Under the pieces are notes generated by a model. That model made no database searches. It had not been told where the DNA came from and was given only the letters and a program-made list of their open reading frames with translations. The position numbers and the translations under genes are program-made. Positions 24,202 through 32,000 of a stretch of 32,000 bases of DNA are shown in pieces. This stretch comes from Propionibacterium freudenreichii subsp. freudenreichii. GTDB taxonomy: Bacteria; Actinomycetota; Actinomycetes; Propionibacteriales; Propionibacteriaceae. Every line of letters begins with the position of its first letter. Within the stretch, counting starts at the first letter, position 1. The stretch lies in contig NZ_CP010341.1 in assembly GCF_000940845.1 (NCBI RefSeq), positions 1,020,001-1,052,000 on the forward strand. The letters are read 5' to 3'.

Positions 24202-24245
24202 GTGACCCGGTGAGTCATTCTCGGTGACCCGGTGAGTCATTCTCG
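24202..24245. repeat. Perfect 22-bp tandem duplication immediately upstream of the SorC-family regulator start; candidate operator
   Basis: GTGACCCGGTGAGTCATTCTCG occurs twice with no mismatch (24202..24223 and 24224..24245). A partial third copy (tcattcgtcg) runs into the start codon. On the regulator strand the unit reads CGAGAATGACTCACCGGGTCAC. Confidence 0.9.
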
Positions 24246-24377
24246 CAAGTCTAGCCCCGACGCCCCACGGGCCGACCGGCGGGCGGAGCACCGCGCCGCG
24301 GGCCCCACGGCCCGCTTTCACCGGCCGGGTGCACCGGGCGACACCCCGACATTGCGGTCGGCGCCCCGCGTACGCTC

Positions 24378-25319
24378 TTGCCCGTGATCGATGTGCTGAG
24401 CGGTTTCGCCACCATCTGGGTGGTGATCGGTATCGGCGCATTCCTGGGACACCTCGGAATCCTGGGCGACCAGGCAGCCACGATCCTGAGCCGGCTGTCC
24501 TTCTTCGTCGGCCTGCCCCCGCTCATGTTCCGGGCCCTGTCACATGCCGACCTGGGCCGTATCTTCAACCTGAACGTGGTGGTGTCGGTGTTGGCGATCA
24601 TCGTCGCCGCCGGCCTCTACCTGTTGGTCGGCGTCCTGCGCTGGCACGCCGGCCTGTCGCATCGGGTGATCGGCGTCTTCTGCTCCTGCTACGTCAATGC
24701 CAATAACATGGGCCTGCCGATCGCCGCCTATGTGATGAAGGACACCAGCTGGGTTGCCCCCATCCTGCTGATCCAGTCCGCGCTGCTGCAGCCCATCGGC
24801 CTGACCCTGTTGGACGTGGTGCACTCCCATTCCCGGGGCGTGCACAGTTCCTGGCTCCACAATGTGACGATCCCGGTCCGCAACCCCATGACCATCGGGG
24901 TGCTGGCGGGGCTGGTGGCGAACCTCATCGGGTGGCAACCGCCTGCCCTGGTGGGAAACACCCTCGATCTGCTGGCGGGTATCGCCGTCCCCTGCATGTT
25001 GATCGCCTTCGGGATCTCCCTGCTGAAGGGGCCCCTGCCGGGGCGCGTCGACACCGCGGAAACGGTGTTCCTGTCGGTGATCAAGACCCTGGTCCAACCC
25101 GTGGTCGCCCTGGCCCTCGCACGCCTGTTCGGCCTCGACTTGGTGGCGACCCTGGCGGTGGTGGTGATGGCGGGATTGCCCACCGCCCAGAATGTCTTCG
25201 TCTTTGCGTCCCGCTATGACACCAATGTGCGTCTGGCACGCGATGTGATCTTCATCACCACTTTCGCCTCGATACCGGTGATCATGGCGCTCACCGCGGC
25301 TGTGCACATGCTGGCCTGA
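24378..25319 (+). CDS. AEC (auxin efflux carrier / malate permease-like) family membrane transporter
   Basis: The protein is polytopic and hydrophobic throughout. The N-terminus VIDVLSGFATIWVVIGIGAFLG and the C-terminal half LIAFGISL...PTAQNVFVFA are typical of the family. The start is uncertain among TTG 24378, GTG 24384 and GTG 24393. Confidence 0.8.
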   Translation: MPVIDVLSGFATIWVVIGIGAFLGHLGILGDQAATILSRLSFFVGLPPLMFRALSHADLGRIFNLNVVVSVLAIIVAAGLYLLVGVLRWHAGLSHRVIGVFCSCYVNANNMGLPIAAYVMKDTSWVAPILLIQSALLQPIGLTLLDVVHSHSRGVHSSWLHNVTIPVRNPMTIGVLAGLVANLIGWQPPALVGNTLDLLAGIAVPCMLIAFGISLLKGPLPGRVDTAETVFLSVIKTLVQPVVALALARLFGLDLVATLAVVVMAGLPTAQNVFVFASRYDTNVRLARDVIFITTFASIPVIMALTAAVHMLA

Positions 25320-25378
25320 GCCCATCAATTCCCACCCCGGCGTCGTGAAATGGGCCCCGCGGCGGTTAGCGTGGTGAC

Positions 25379-28009
25379 ATGAGTTCTGTTCCGAGCCTGA
25401 GTATCGACGAGATGCACCAGGTGGATGCCTGGTGGCGCGCGTGCAACTATCTGGTCGCCGGCCAGATCTACTTGCAGGAAAACCCGCTGCTGAAGCGTCC
25501 ACTGACCCCCGAGGACATCAAGCCACGGCTGCTGGGGCACTGGGGCACCAGCGCTGGCCTGGGCTTCATCTATGCCCACCTCAACCGACTGATCCGCCAT
25601 ACGGGTCAGGACATGATCTATATCGCCGGCCCTGGGCACGGCGGACCGGCACTCGTTGCGGCCGGCTACCTGGAGGGCACCTACACCGAGATCTATCCGC
25701 GGGTCACCCGCGATGAGGAGGGTATGCGGCGGCTGTTCCGGCAGTTCTCCACGCCGGGCGGGATCCCCTCCCACGCCTCGGTCACCACCCCGGGGTCGAT
25801 CCACGAGGGCGGCGAACTCGGCTACGCCCTGTCACACGGCTTCGGTGCTGTCTTCGACAACCCCGACCTCATCGCGGCCACCGTCGTGGGCGACGGGGAG
25901 GCCGAGACGGGCCCGGCGGAGGGCGGCTGGAAGGGCATCAGCTTCCTCAACCCGGTCACCGACGGGGCTGTGCTGCCGATCCTCCACCTCAATGGCGCCA
26001 AGATCTCCGGACCCACCGTGCAGGCCCGCAAGGAGCCGGTGGAGCTGCAGGAGCTCTACGAGGGCCACGGCTACGAGGTGGTGTGGGTGGAGGGCAGCGA
26101 CCTGCCCTGGATGCACGCTCGCTTTGCCGACGCCCTGACCTATTGCTACGACCGGATCAAGGAGATCCAGGCCGAGGCACGCGGCGGGAGCTGGGACGGC
26201 GAAATGCCGGCATGGCCGATGATCATCCTGCGCAGCCCCAAGGGCTGGACCGGACCCCGGATCGTCGACGGCAACCAGGTGGAGGGCACCTGGCGTGCCC
26301 ACCAGGTACCGCTCGCGGGCGTCAAGACCAACGCGGCCCATCGTGAGCAGCTCGAGGACTGGATGCGGTCCTACCGCATCGACGAGTTGTTCGGTCCCGA
26401 TGGCACCCCGACCGAGCTCGTGCGCGCCAACAACCCCGAGGGCACCAAGCGCATGAGCGCCTCTCCCTATGCGAATGGGGGAGTGCTCTCCCAGGAGCTC
26501 GACCTGCCCGATTTCCACGACTACGCCGTGGACGTCACGCCGGGAACACGCGCGACTGAGCGGCTCGAATCGACCCGCAAGCTCGGCGAGTACATGCGCG
26601 ACATCTACACGAAGAATCCGACGAACTTCCGGCTCTTCTGCCCCGACGAGACCAACTCCAACCGACTCGGCGCGGTCTTCGAGGTCAGCGACCGCACCTT
26701 CATGGAGCCCACCGACATGCTCGACGTCAAGCTGTCGAACACCGGACGCGTCATGGAGGTGCTCTCAGAGCACAACTGCCATGGTTGGCTCGACGGGTAC
26801 ACCCTCACCGGGCGCCACGGCATGTTCGCCACCTACGAGGCCTTCGCGATGGTCTCGGCGTCCATGACGATGCAGCAGGCCAAGTGGCTGGAGGGGGCCT
26901 ACAACCTGGAATGGCGGGCCAAGGTGCCCAGCACCAACATCCTGCTGAGCTCGACCTGCTGGCGCAATGACCACAATGGGTTCAGCCACCAGAGTCCCGA
27001 GTTGCTGTCGCTGGTGCTGAACATGCGCGGCACGGTCAGCCGCATCTACCTGCCACCGGACGCCAACTGCCTGCTCGACATTGCCGACCACTGCTTCAAG
27101 TCGCGCAGCTATGTGAACCTGATCGTGCAGGACAAGCAGCCCCAACCCCAGTGGCTGTCAATGCCCGAGGCCGTCGAGCACTGCACCCGTGGATACGGCA
27201 TCTGGGACTGGGCGGGCACCGACGGGCTGGGCGACACCAAGCCTGACATCGTGATCGCCTGTGCCGGCGACGTGGTGACCATGGAGGCCATCGCGGCCGC
27301 TGAGATCCTCAAGGTGGCCCTGCCCGAACTCAAGGTGCGGGTGGTGAACGTGGTGGACCTCATGAGCCTCTACCGGCCCAAGGACCATCCGCACGGCATG
27401 AGCGTGAAGGACTTCTCCGACACCTTCACCGACGACGTGGACGTGATCTTCGCCTTCCACGGCTATCCCGGAGCGATCCACCAGCTCGTGCACGGACGCC
27501 CCGATGCCGACCGCTTCCGGGCACGCGGCTTCCGCGAGCAGGGCACCACCACGACCCCCTTCGACATGGTGGTGCGCAACAAGGTGGACCGCTATCACCT
27601 GGTGATGGATGCGATCAACAACGCCCATTACCGTCCCGAGGGCAGCCACGAGCTGTACCAGTGGTGCGAATCCCAGCTGGTGCGCCACAGCGAGTACATC
27701 GTGGAGAACCTGCAGGACATGCCGGAGATCCGTGACTGGCAACTGGGTGATGACGCCTCCGGCGCGGTCACCCAGTTCGGTGGCAAGCAGGTCGCGCCAC
27801 GTCCCGGTGCCGGGACGGTGGCCCGGCGCGCCGGGGGCAAGGGCACCGTGGCCAAGGCACAGGCCGCCGACACGCCCGCAGCCCGCGGTGCCGATGTCGG
27901 GGACACCGGTAAGCAGGCCCAGCCCGGAGCGGACGCCCCGTCGAAGAAGGACGCGGATGTGAAGAAGGGCACTGATTTGAAGAAGGACACAGGGCCGAAG
28001 AAGAAGTAG
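25379..28009 (+). CDS. xfp: Xylulose-5-phosphate/fructose-6-phosphate phosphoketolase with a Lys-rich C-terminal extension
   Basis: Contains WWRACNYLVAGQIYLQENPLL, HWGTSAGL and GPGHGGPA, the phosphoketolase signature EGGELGYALSHGFGA, and GDGEAETG. The canonical fold appears to end near MPEIRDWQLG. About 86 further low-complexity residues end in KKDADVKKGTDLKKDTGPKKK. Confidence 0.92.
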   Translation: MSSVPSLSIDEMHQVDAWWRACNYLVAGQIYLQENPLLKRPLTPEDIKPRLLGHWGTSAGLGFIYAHLNRLIRHTGQDMIYIAGPGHGGPALVAAGYLEGTYTEIYPRVTRDEEGMRRLFRQFSTPGGIPSHASVTTPGSIHEGGELGYALSHGFGAVFDNPDLIAATVVGDGEAETGPAEGGWKGISFLNPVTDGAVLPILHLNGAKISGPTVQARKEPVELQELYEGHGYEVVWVEGSDLPWMHARFADALTYCYDRIKEIQAEARGGSWDGEMPAWPMIILRSPKGWTGPRIVDGNQVEGTWRAHQVPLAGVKTNAAHREQLEDWMRSYRIDELFGPDGTPTELVRANNPEGTKRMSASPYANGGVLSQELDLPDFHDYAVDVTPGTRATERLESTRKLGEYMRDIYTKNPTNFRLFCPDETNSNRLGAVFEVSDRTFMEPTDMLDVKLSNTGRVMEVLSEHNCHGWLDGYTLTGRHGMFATYEAFAMVSASMTMQQAKWLEGAYNLEWRAKVPSTNILLSSTCWRNDHNGFSHQSPELLSLVLNMRGTVSRIYLPPDANCLLDIADHCFKSRSYVNLIVQDKQPQPQWLSMPEAVEHCTRGYGIWDWAGTDGLGDTKPDIVIACAGDVVTMEAIAAAEILKVALPELKVRVVNVVDLMSLYRPKDHPHGMSVKDFSDTFTDDVDVIFAFHGYPGAIHQLVHGRPDADRFRARGFREQGTTTTPFDMVVRNKVDRYHLVMDAINNAHYRPEGSHELYQWCESQLVRHSEYIVENLQDMPEIRDWQLGDDASGAVTQFGGKQVAPRPGAGTVARRAGGKGTVAKAQAADTPAARGADVGDTGKQAQPGADAPSKKDADVKKGTDLKKDTGPKKK

Positions 28010-28014
28010 CCCGA

Positions 28015-28071
28015 CGGTGGGGCGGCCAGCCTCCCGGCCGGGGGCATCCACCCCGACCATGGCCGCCCCAC
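28015..28071 (+). terminator. Stem-loop downstream of xfp (possible terminator)
   Basis: A perfect 12-bp inverted repeat: GGTGGGGCGGCC (28015..28026) pairs with GGCCGCCCCACC (28060..28071). It starts 6 nt after the xfp stop. The 33-nt interior contains the palindrome CCCGGCCGGG. The long loop and absent U-tract lower confidence. Confidence 0.35.
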
Positions 28072-28146
28072 CCGTTCGCGGCCCGCGGGCGCCTCGGCCG
28101 CGGGGCGCCCGGACGCTGTGGGACGGGTGGCTAGGCTTGTGGGGTT

Positions 28147-31100
28147 ATGTCCCAGCCCTCCAGCACTGCCGTTGAGCCACAGCTGTCCTACGATCCCGCC
28201 CTGCCCATCAGTGCCCACGTCGACCAGATCGCCGGGCTGATCCGCGATCACCAGGTGGTGATCGTGGCGGGGGAGACGGGCTCGGGCAAGACCACCCAGC
28301 TCCCGAAGATCTGCCTCGGGATCGGTCGTCGCCACATCGGGCACACGCAGCCGAGGAGGATCGCCGCACGTACGGTCGCGGAGCGGCTGGCCGAGGAGAT
28401 GCACGTTCCCCTGGGCGACACCGTGGGCTATCAGGTGCGCTTCACCAAGCAGGTGGGGCGCAATACGGCCGTGAAGGTGATGACCGATGGCGTGCTGTTG
28501 GCCGAGATCAACCACGACCGCACCCTGCGGCGCTATGACACCCTCATCATCGATGAGGCCCATGAACGCAGCCTGAACATTGACTTCCTGCTGGGCTATC
28601 TCAAGCAGCTGTTGCCGCGACGTCGTGACCTGAAGGTGATCATCACCTCGGCCACCATCGACACCCAACGATTTGCCGAGCACTTCTCGGATGCGCACGG
28701 AAGGCCTGCCCCCATCGTGGAGGTCTCGGGCCGCAGCTATCCGGTGGAGATGCGCTACCGTCCGCTGGGTCCCGAGGGCACCGACGAGGGCGACGAGGAC
28801 ATCTCGGGTGGCATCGTGCAGGCCGTGCGGGAGCTTGGCCCCACCGGCGATGTGCTGGTCTTCCTGTCGGGCGAGCGCGAGATCAAGGATGCCGACAAGG
28901 CCCTGCGCGACGCCCGCCTGGCCAACACCGAGATAATGCCCCTGTTCGCCCGGCTCTCGGCCGCCGAACAGCACCGCGTCTTCCAGGCCCACACCGGCCG
29001 GCGTGTCATCCTTGCCACGAACATCGCCGAGACCTCCCTGACGGTGCCCGGGATCATGTTCGTGGTCGATACCGGCCTGGCCCGCATCTCGCGCTATTCG
29101 GCGCGCACGAAGGTGCAACGGCTTCCCATCGAGGAGATCAGCCGGGCCAGCGCCGACCAGCGCGCGGGGCGGTGCGGGCGCATCGCCCCGGGTATTTGCA
29201 TCCGGCTGTACTCGGAGGAGGACTACCTCGCCCGTCCCGAATTCACCGAACCGGAGATCCTGCGAACCAACCTTGCCTCGGTCATCCTCAAGATGGCCCA
29301 GGCCGACCTCGGCAACATCGAGACCTTCCCCTTCCTGGAGGCACCTGACCGCGCACAGATCCGCGACGGCCTGCGCCTGCTCGAGGAACTCGGGGCCCTG
29401 GCGGCGCCCGGGGCGGGCGGCGAGGCGACGGGGGGACGCGGGCAGGCGGCGCCGTCCGGCAAGAGGGCCAGGGGACACAAGCAGCTGCGACTGACCCGCA
29501 CGGGCCATCGACTGGCCGAGCTGCCGATCGACCCCCGACTGGGGCGCATGCTCATCGAGGGTGCCAAGCGTGGCTGCCTGCGCGAGGTGGAGGTCATCGT
29601 GTCGGCGCTGGCGATCCAGGACGTGCGCGAGCGTCCCGTGGAGAAGCGCGAACAGGCCGATCAACTCCACCGTCGCTTCTTCTCCGACGACATCCTCAAG
29701 CCCGGCGGCCATGCGCAGCCGGCGGGCGAGTCGGGGAGCCCCAGGCGTTACACGGCGCACACCGGACGGGCCGGGGAGTTCGACAAGGCACCCATCGGCC
29801 CTAGCGGCGACATCATCGCCATCACGAGGCTGTGGCGCTACCTGAAGATGCAGCGCAAGGAACTGTCCGGAAACCAATTCCGACGCCGATGCCGCGCAGA
29901 ATTCATCAACTTCCTCAGGGTCCGCGAATGGCAGGACCTGCGCACCCAACTGCGCCAGATCGACAAGGAACTCAAGCTCAACCGCAATGAGCGGGCCGGT
30001 GACGTGGACCAGGTGCTCATCTCGGTGCTGTCGGGCCTGCTGTCCCATATTGGCCTGCTCGAGCAGAAGACCACCCGCAAGGACACCCGCCGTCGTGGCA
30101 CCAAGCAGCGGCGCGCCTCGAACGAATACCTGGGGGCACGCGGCTCGCGCTTCGCGATCCAGCCCGGATCGGCCCTGTCGAAGCAGCCACCAGAGCTGTT
30201 GATGGCCGTCGAGCTCGTGGAGACCAGCCGGCTGTGGGCCCGCACGGTGGCCGAGGTGCAGGCCGAATGGATCGAACAGGTGGGCGCCCACCAGCTGCGC
30301 CACAACTATTCCGAGCCCCACTGGTCGTCCAGCGCGGCAGGAGTCCTGGCCTACGAGCGGGTGACCCTGTACGGGGTGCCGATCATCGCCGACCGCCTGG
30401 CCGACTATGCCCGGGTCGACCCGCAGGTGGCCCGCGACATCTTCATCCGCTCGGGACTCGTCGAGGATGGCTGGGTCCCCGACGACACCCATGCCCCGCA
30501 TGATTTCCTGGAGCACAACCGGCAGGTGCGCGCCCAGGTGGAGGAACTCGAGGAACGCACCCGGCGCCACGATCTGCTCGTGGACGACCAGACGATCTTC
30601 GACTTCTATGACGAGCGCATCCCGGCCGATGTGCACTCGGCAGCAAGCTTTGACGCGTGGTGGTCACGGCAGGCCGACCACCACCTGCTCGACCTCGACG
30701 TCGAGGCGATGATGCGCCCCGACGCGGACGGCGTGGACGGGTCCTCGTTCCCCGACCACTGGCAGGTCGGCGAGCTGAAGTTCCCGGTGAGCTATGTCTT
30801 CGACCCCGGCTCCGGATCCGATGGCGTCACGGTGACCATCCCGCTGGCACAGCTCAACCAGGTGAGCGCCCAGCCGTTCAGCTGGCAGGTTCCGGGCCTT
30901 CGTGGTGAGCTGGCCACCGAGCTGATCCGCTCCCTGCCCAAGTCGGTGCGCACGAATTTCGTGCCGGCGCCGGATCGTGCCCGCGAGGCCCTGCGTTGGT
31001 TGCGCGCCCACGAGCCGGATCGCAATGCCTGGTTCCATGACGAGCTCGGCCGTGCCCTGCGGGCGATCACGTCGGTGCCGGTGGCATCGACGGACTGGAA

Positions 31101-32000
31101 TCCGCGGGCCGTGTCGGGACACCTGCAGGTGAGCTTCCAGGTCACCGACGCTGGTCGCGTCGTGCGCACCGGCAAGGACCTCACGGCGATCCGTGACGAG
31201 CTGGCCGCCACGGTGACCAGGACACTCACGGCCGCCACCAACAGGGCGAGCACCCCCACTGGCACCACCTGGGTGTTCGGCGCCATCGATCCCGTGCGGC
31301 AGATCACGCGCCAGGGGCTCACCGTGAAGGGCTATCCGGCGCTGCGCGACGACGGCAACTCGGTCTCGCTGGTCACCACGCAGACGCCCGCTGACCAGGC
31401 GCGCAGCCACCGGGCCGGGGTGCGGCGCCTCCTGCTGCTCGCCGGACCTGATCCCACCAAGTGGGTGGTCGCCCGGATCGGCCGCGACCAGATGCTGTGG
31501 TTGAGCTCCAGCCCCTATGAATCGATGTCGGTGCTGCTTGCCGACGCCCGCCTCAAGGCGGTCGGACAGTCGGCTGAGCGCTTCACCGACCCGGCCGGGG
31601 TGCGCGACGAGGCCGATTTCGACAAGCTGCTGGTCGAGGTGCGGCAGGTACAGGCCGATCAGATGCGCTCCGTGGTGGACACCACTGCCCGGGCCCTGTC
31701 CTGGGCGCGGCAGGTGCGGGCCGACCTGGCGAATGCGCCGCGTCCCACCGCCGACGACGTGGGCGCCCAGGTGGACAACCTGGTGTTTCCCGGCTTCATC
31801 TCCTTCACGCGCGACCCGTGGTTCGCCCACCTGCCCCGCTACCTACAGGGGGCCTCCCTGCGCCTGGATGCGGCCGCCGCGAATCCGGCACGCGATGCGC
31901 AGTCGCAGGAGATCATCGATGAGCTGTTGGCCGAATACGACGAGTTGTGCGATGCGCAGCCCTCGGGGCCCCTTCCCGATGCGGTGGACGACATCGGCTT
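28147..32000 (+). CDS. hrpA: ATP-dependent RNA helicase HrpA (DEAH-box), 3'-truncated by the window edge
   Basis: This gene is not in the supplied ORF track because the frame has no stop before position 32000. Hand translation from ATG 28147 gives MSQPSSTAVEPQLSYDPALPISAHVDQIAGLIRDHQVVIVAGETGSGKTTQLPKICL. It also gives TQPRRIAA, DEAH box IIDEAHERS, TSATID and TNIAETSLT. Later regions read FDAWWSRQ...LKFPVSYVFDPGSGSDGVTVTIPLAQLNQV. The frame stays open for about 1284 codons. Confidence 0.9.
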   Translation, partial: MSQPSSTAVEPQLSYDPALPISAHVDQIAGLIRDHQVVIVAGETGSGKTTQLPKICLGIGRRHIGHTQPRRIAARTVAERLAEEMHVPLGDTVGYQVRFTKQVGRNTAVKVMTDGVLLAEINHDRTLRRYDTLIIDEAHERSLNIDFLLGYLKQLLPRRRDLKVIITSATIDTQRFAEHFSDAHGRPAPIVEVSGRSYPVEMRYRPLGPEGTDEGDEDISGGIVQAVRELGPTGDVLVFLSGEREIKDADKALRDARLANTEIMPLFARLSAAEQHRVFQAHTGRRVILATNIAETSLTVPGIMFVVDTGLARISRYSARTKVQRLPIEEISRASADQRAGRCGRIAPGICIRLYSEEDYLARPEFTEPEILRTNLASVILKMAQADLGNIETFPFLEAPDRAQIRDGLRLLEELGALAAPGAGGEATGGRGQAAPSGKRARGHKQLRLTRTGHRLAELPIDPRLGRMLIEGAKRGCLREVEVIVSALAIQDVRERPVEKREQADQLHRRFFSDDILKPGGHAQPAGESGSPRRYTAHTGRAGEFDKAPIGPSGDIIAITRLWRYLKMQRKELSGNQFRRRCRAEFINFLRVREWQDLRTQLRQIDKELKLNRNERAGDVDQVLISVLSGLLSHIGLLEQKTTRKDTRRRGTKQRRASNEYLGARGSRFAIQPGSALSKQPPELLMAVELVETSRLWARTVAEVQAEWIEQVGAHQLRHNYSEPHWSSSAAGVLAYERVTLYGVPIIADRLADYARVDPQVARDIFIRSGLVEDGWVPDDTHAPHDFLEHNRQVRAQVEELEERTRRHDLLVDDQTIFDFYDERIPADVHSAASFDAWWSRQADHHLLDLDVEAMMRPDADGVDGSSFPDHWQVGELKFPVSYVFDPGSGSDGVTVTIPLAQLNQVSAQPFSWQVPGLRGELATELIRSLPKSVRTNFVPAPDRAREALRWLRAHEPDRNAWFHDELGRALRAITSVPVASTDWNPRAVSGHLQVSFQVTDAGRVVRTGKDLTAIRDELAATVTRTLTAATNRASTPTGTTWVFGAIDPVRQITRQGLTVKGYPALRDDGNSVSLVTTQTPADQARSHRAGVRRLLLLAGPDPTKWVVARIGRDQMLWLSSSPYESMSVLLADARLKAVGQSAERFTDPAGVRDEADFDKLLVEVRQVQADQMRSVVDTTARALSWARQVRADLANAPRPTADDVGAQVDNLVFPGFISFTRDPWFAHLPRYLQGASLRLDAAAANPARDAQSQEIIDELLAEYDELCDAQPSGPLPDAVDDIG

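Noticed and set aside
27628-30636. A 1002-aa minus-strand ORF spanning the xfp 3' end, the intergenic region and most of hrpA. It is the longest ORF in the track.
   Set aside because: It is a high-GC antisense shadow frame. Its product is Arg/Gly/Ala/Leu/His-rich with no recognisable motif. The plus strand encodes textbook phosphoketolase and DEAH-helicase motifs (GETGSGKT, DEAH, TSATID) over the same bases. The ORF also runs straight through an intergenic hairpin region.
1-32000. A scan for mobile elements, prophage remnants, toxin-antitoxin pairs, tRNA/rRNA genes and defence islands.
   Set aside because: No transposase, integrase or recombinase motifs, terminal inverted repeats, tRNA-like cloverleaf regions or clustered small ORF pairs were seen. 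Apart from the intergenic regions, composition looks uniform by eye.

Overview
The window reads as core chromosome from a high-G+C actinobacterium. Gene content (membrane-anchored RNase Y, phosphoketolase, glpABC, class II RNR) suggests a Propionibacteriales-like organism, but that is a guess. No rRNA, tRNA, CRISPR array, transposase, integrase or phage gene was seen. Gene order: SOS box, recA, recX, rny, orphan amino-acid-type ABC ATPase (-), miaB, miaA, dapF, hflX, DinG/XPD-like helicase, lexA (-), a multi-SOS-box divergent region, an unannotatable repeat-containing membrane protein, a 16-bp tandem array, tandem NrdR boxes, nrdR, nrdJ, patatin-like lipase (-), glpABC, SorC/DeoR-type regulator (-), AEC transporter, phosphoketolase, and hrpA. 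hrpA runs off the 3' edge, so it is missing from the supplied ORF track. The first 14.5 kb is colinear, from memory, with the mycobacterial recA...nrdR region. That places the unknown gene at 12869..13672 at the position of the SOS-induced division inhibitor Rv2719c/ChiZ. This gene is the most interesting element. It is divergent from lexA, preceded by a perfect LexA operator, and encodes a disordered repeat-bearing cytoplasmic domain plus one C-terminal TM helix. It has no room for a LysM domain. Other items worth a second look: a 16-bp x ~3.75 ATGCAT-containing tandem array upstream of the nrdR operator, a perfect 22-bp tandem duplication abutting the SorC-family regulator start, an ~86-aa Lys-rich tail on phosphoketolase, a patatin/glpABC divergent pair, and an orphan ABC ATPase. 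Many very long antisense ORFs in the track (up to 1002 aa) are high-GC shadow frames and were rejected. All calls come from reading motifs by eye; no database search was possible.
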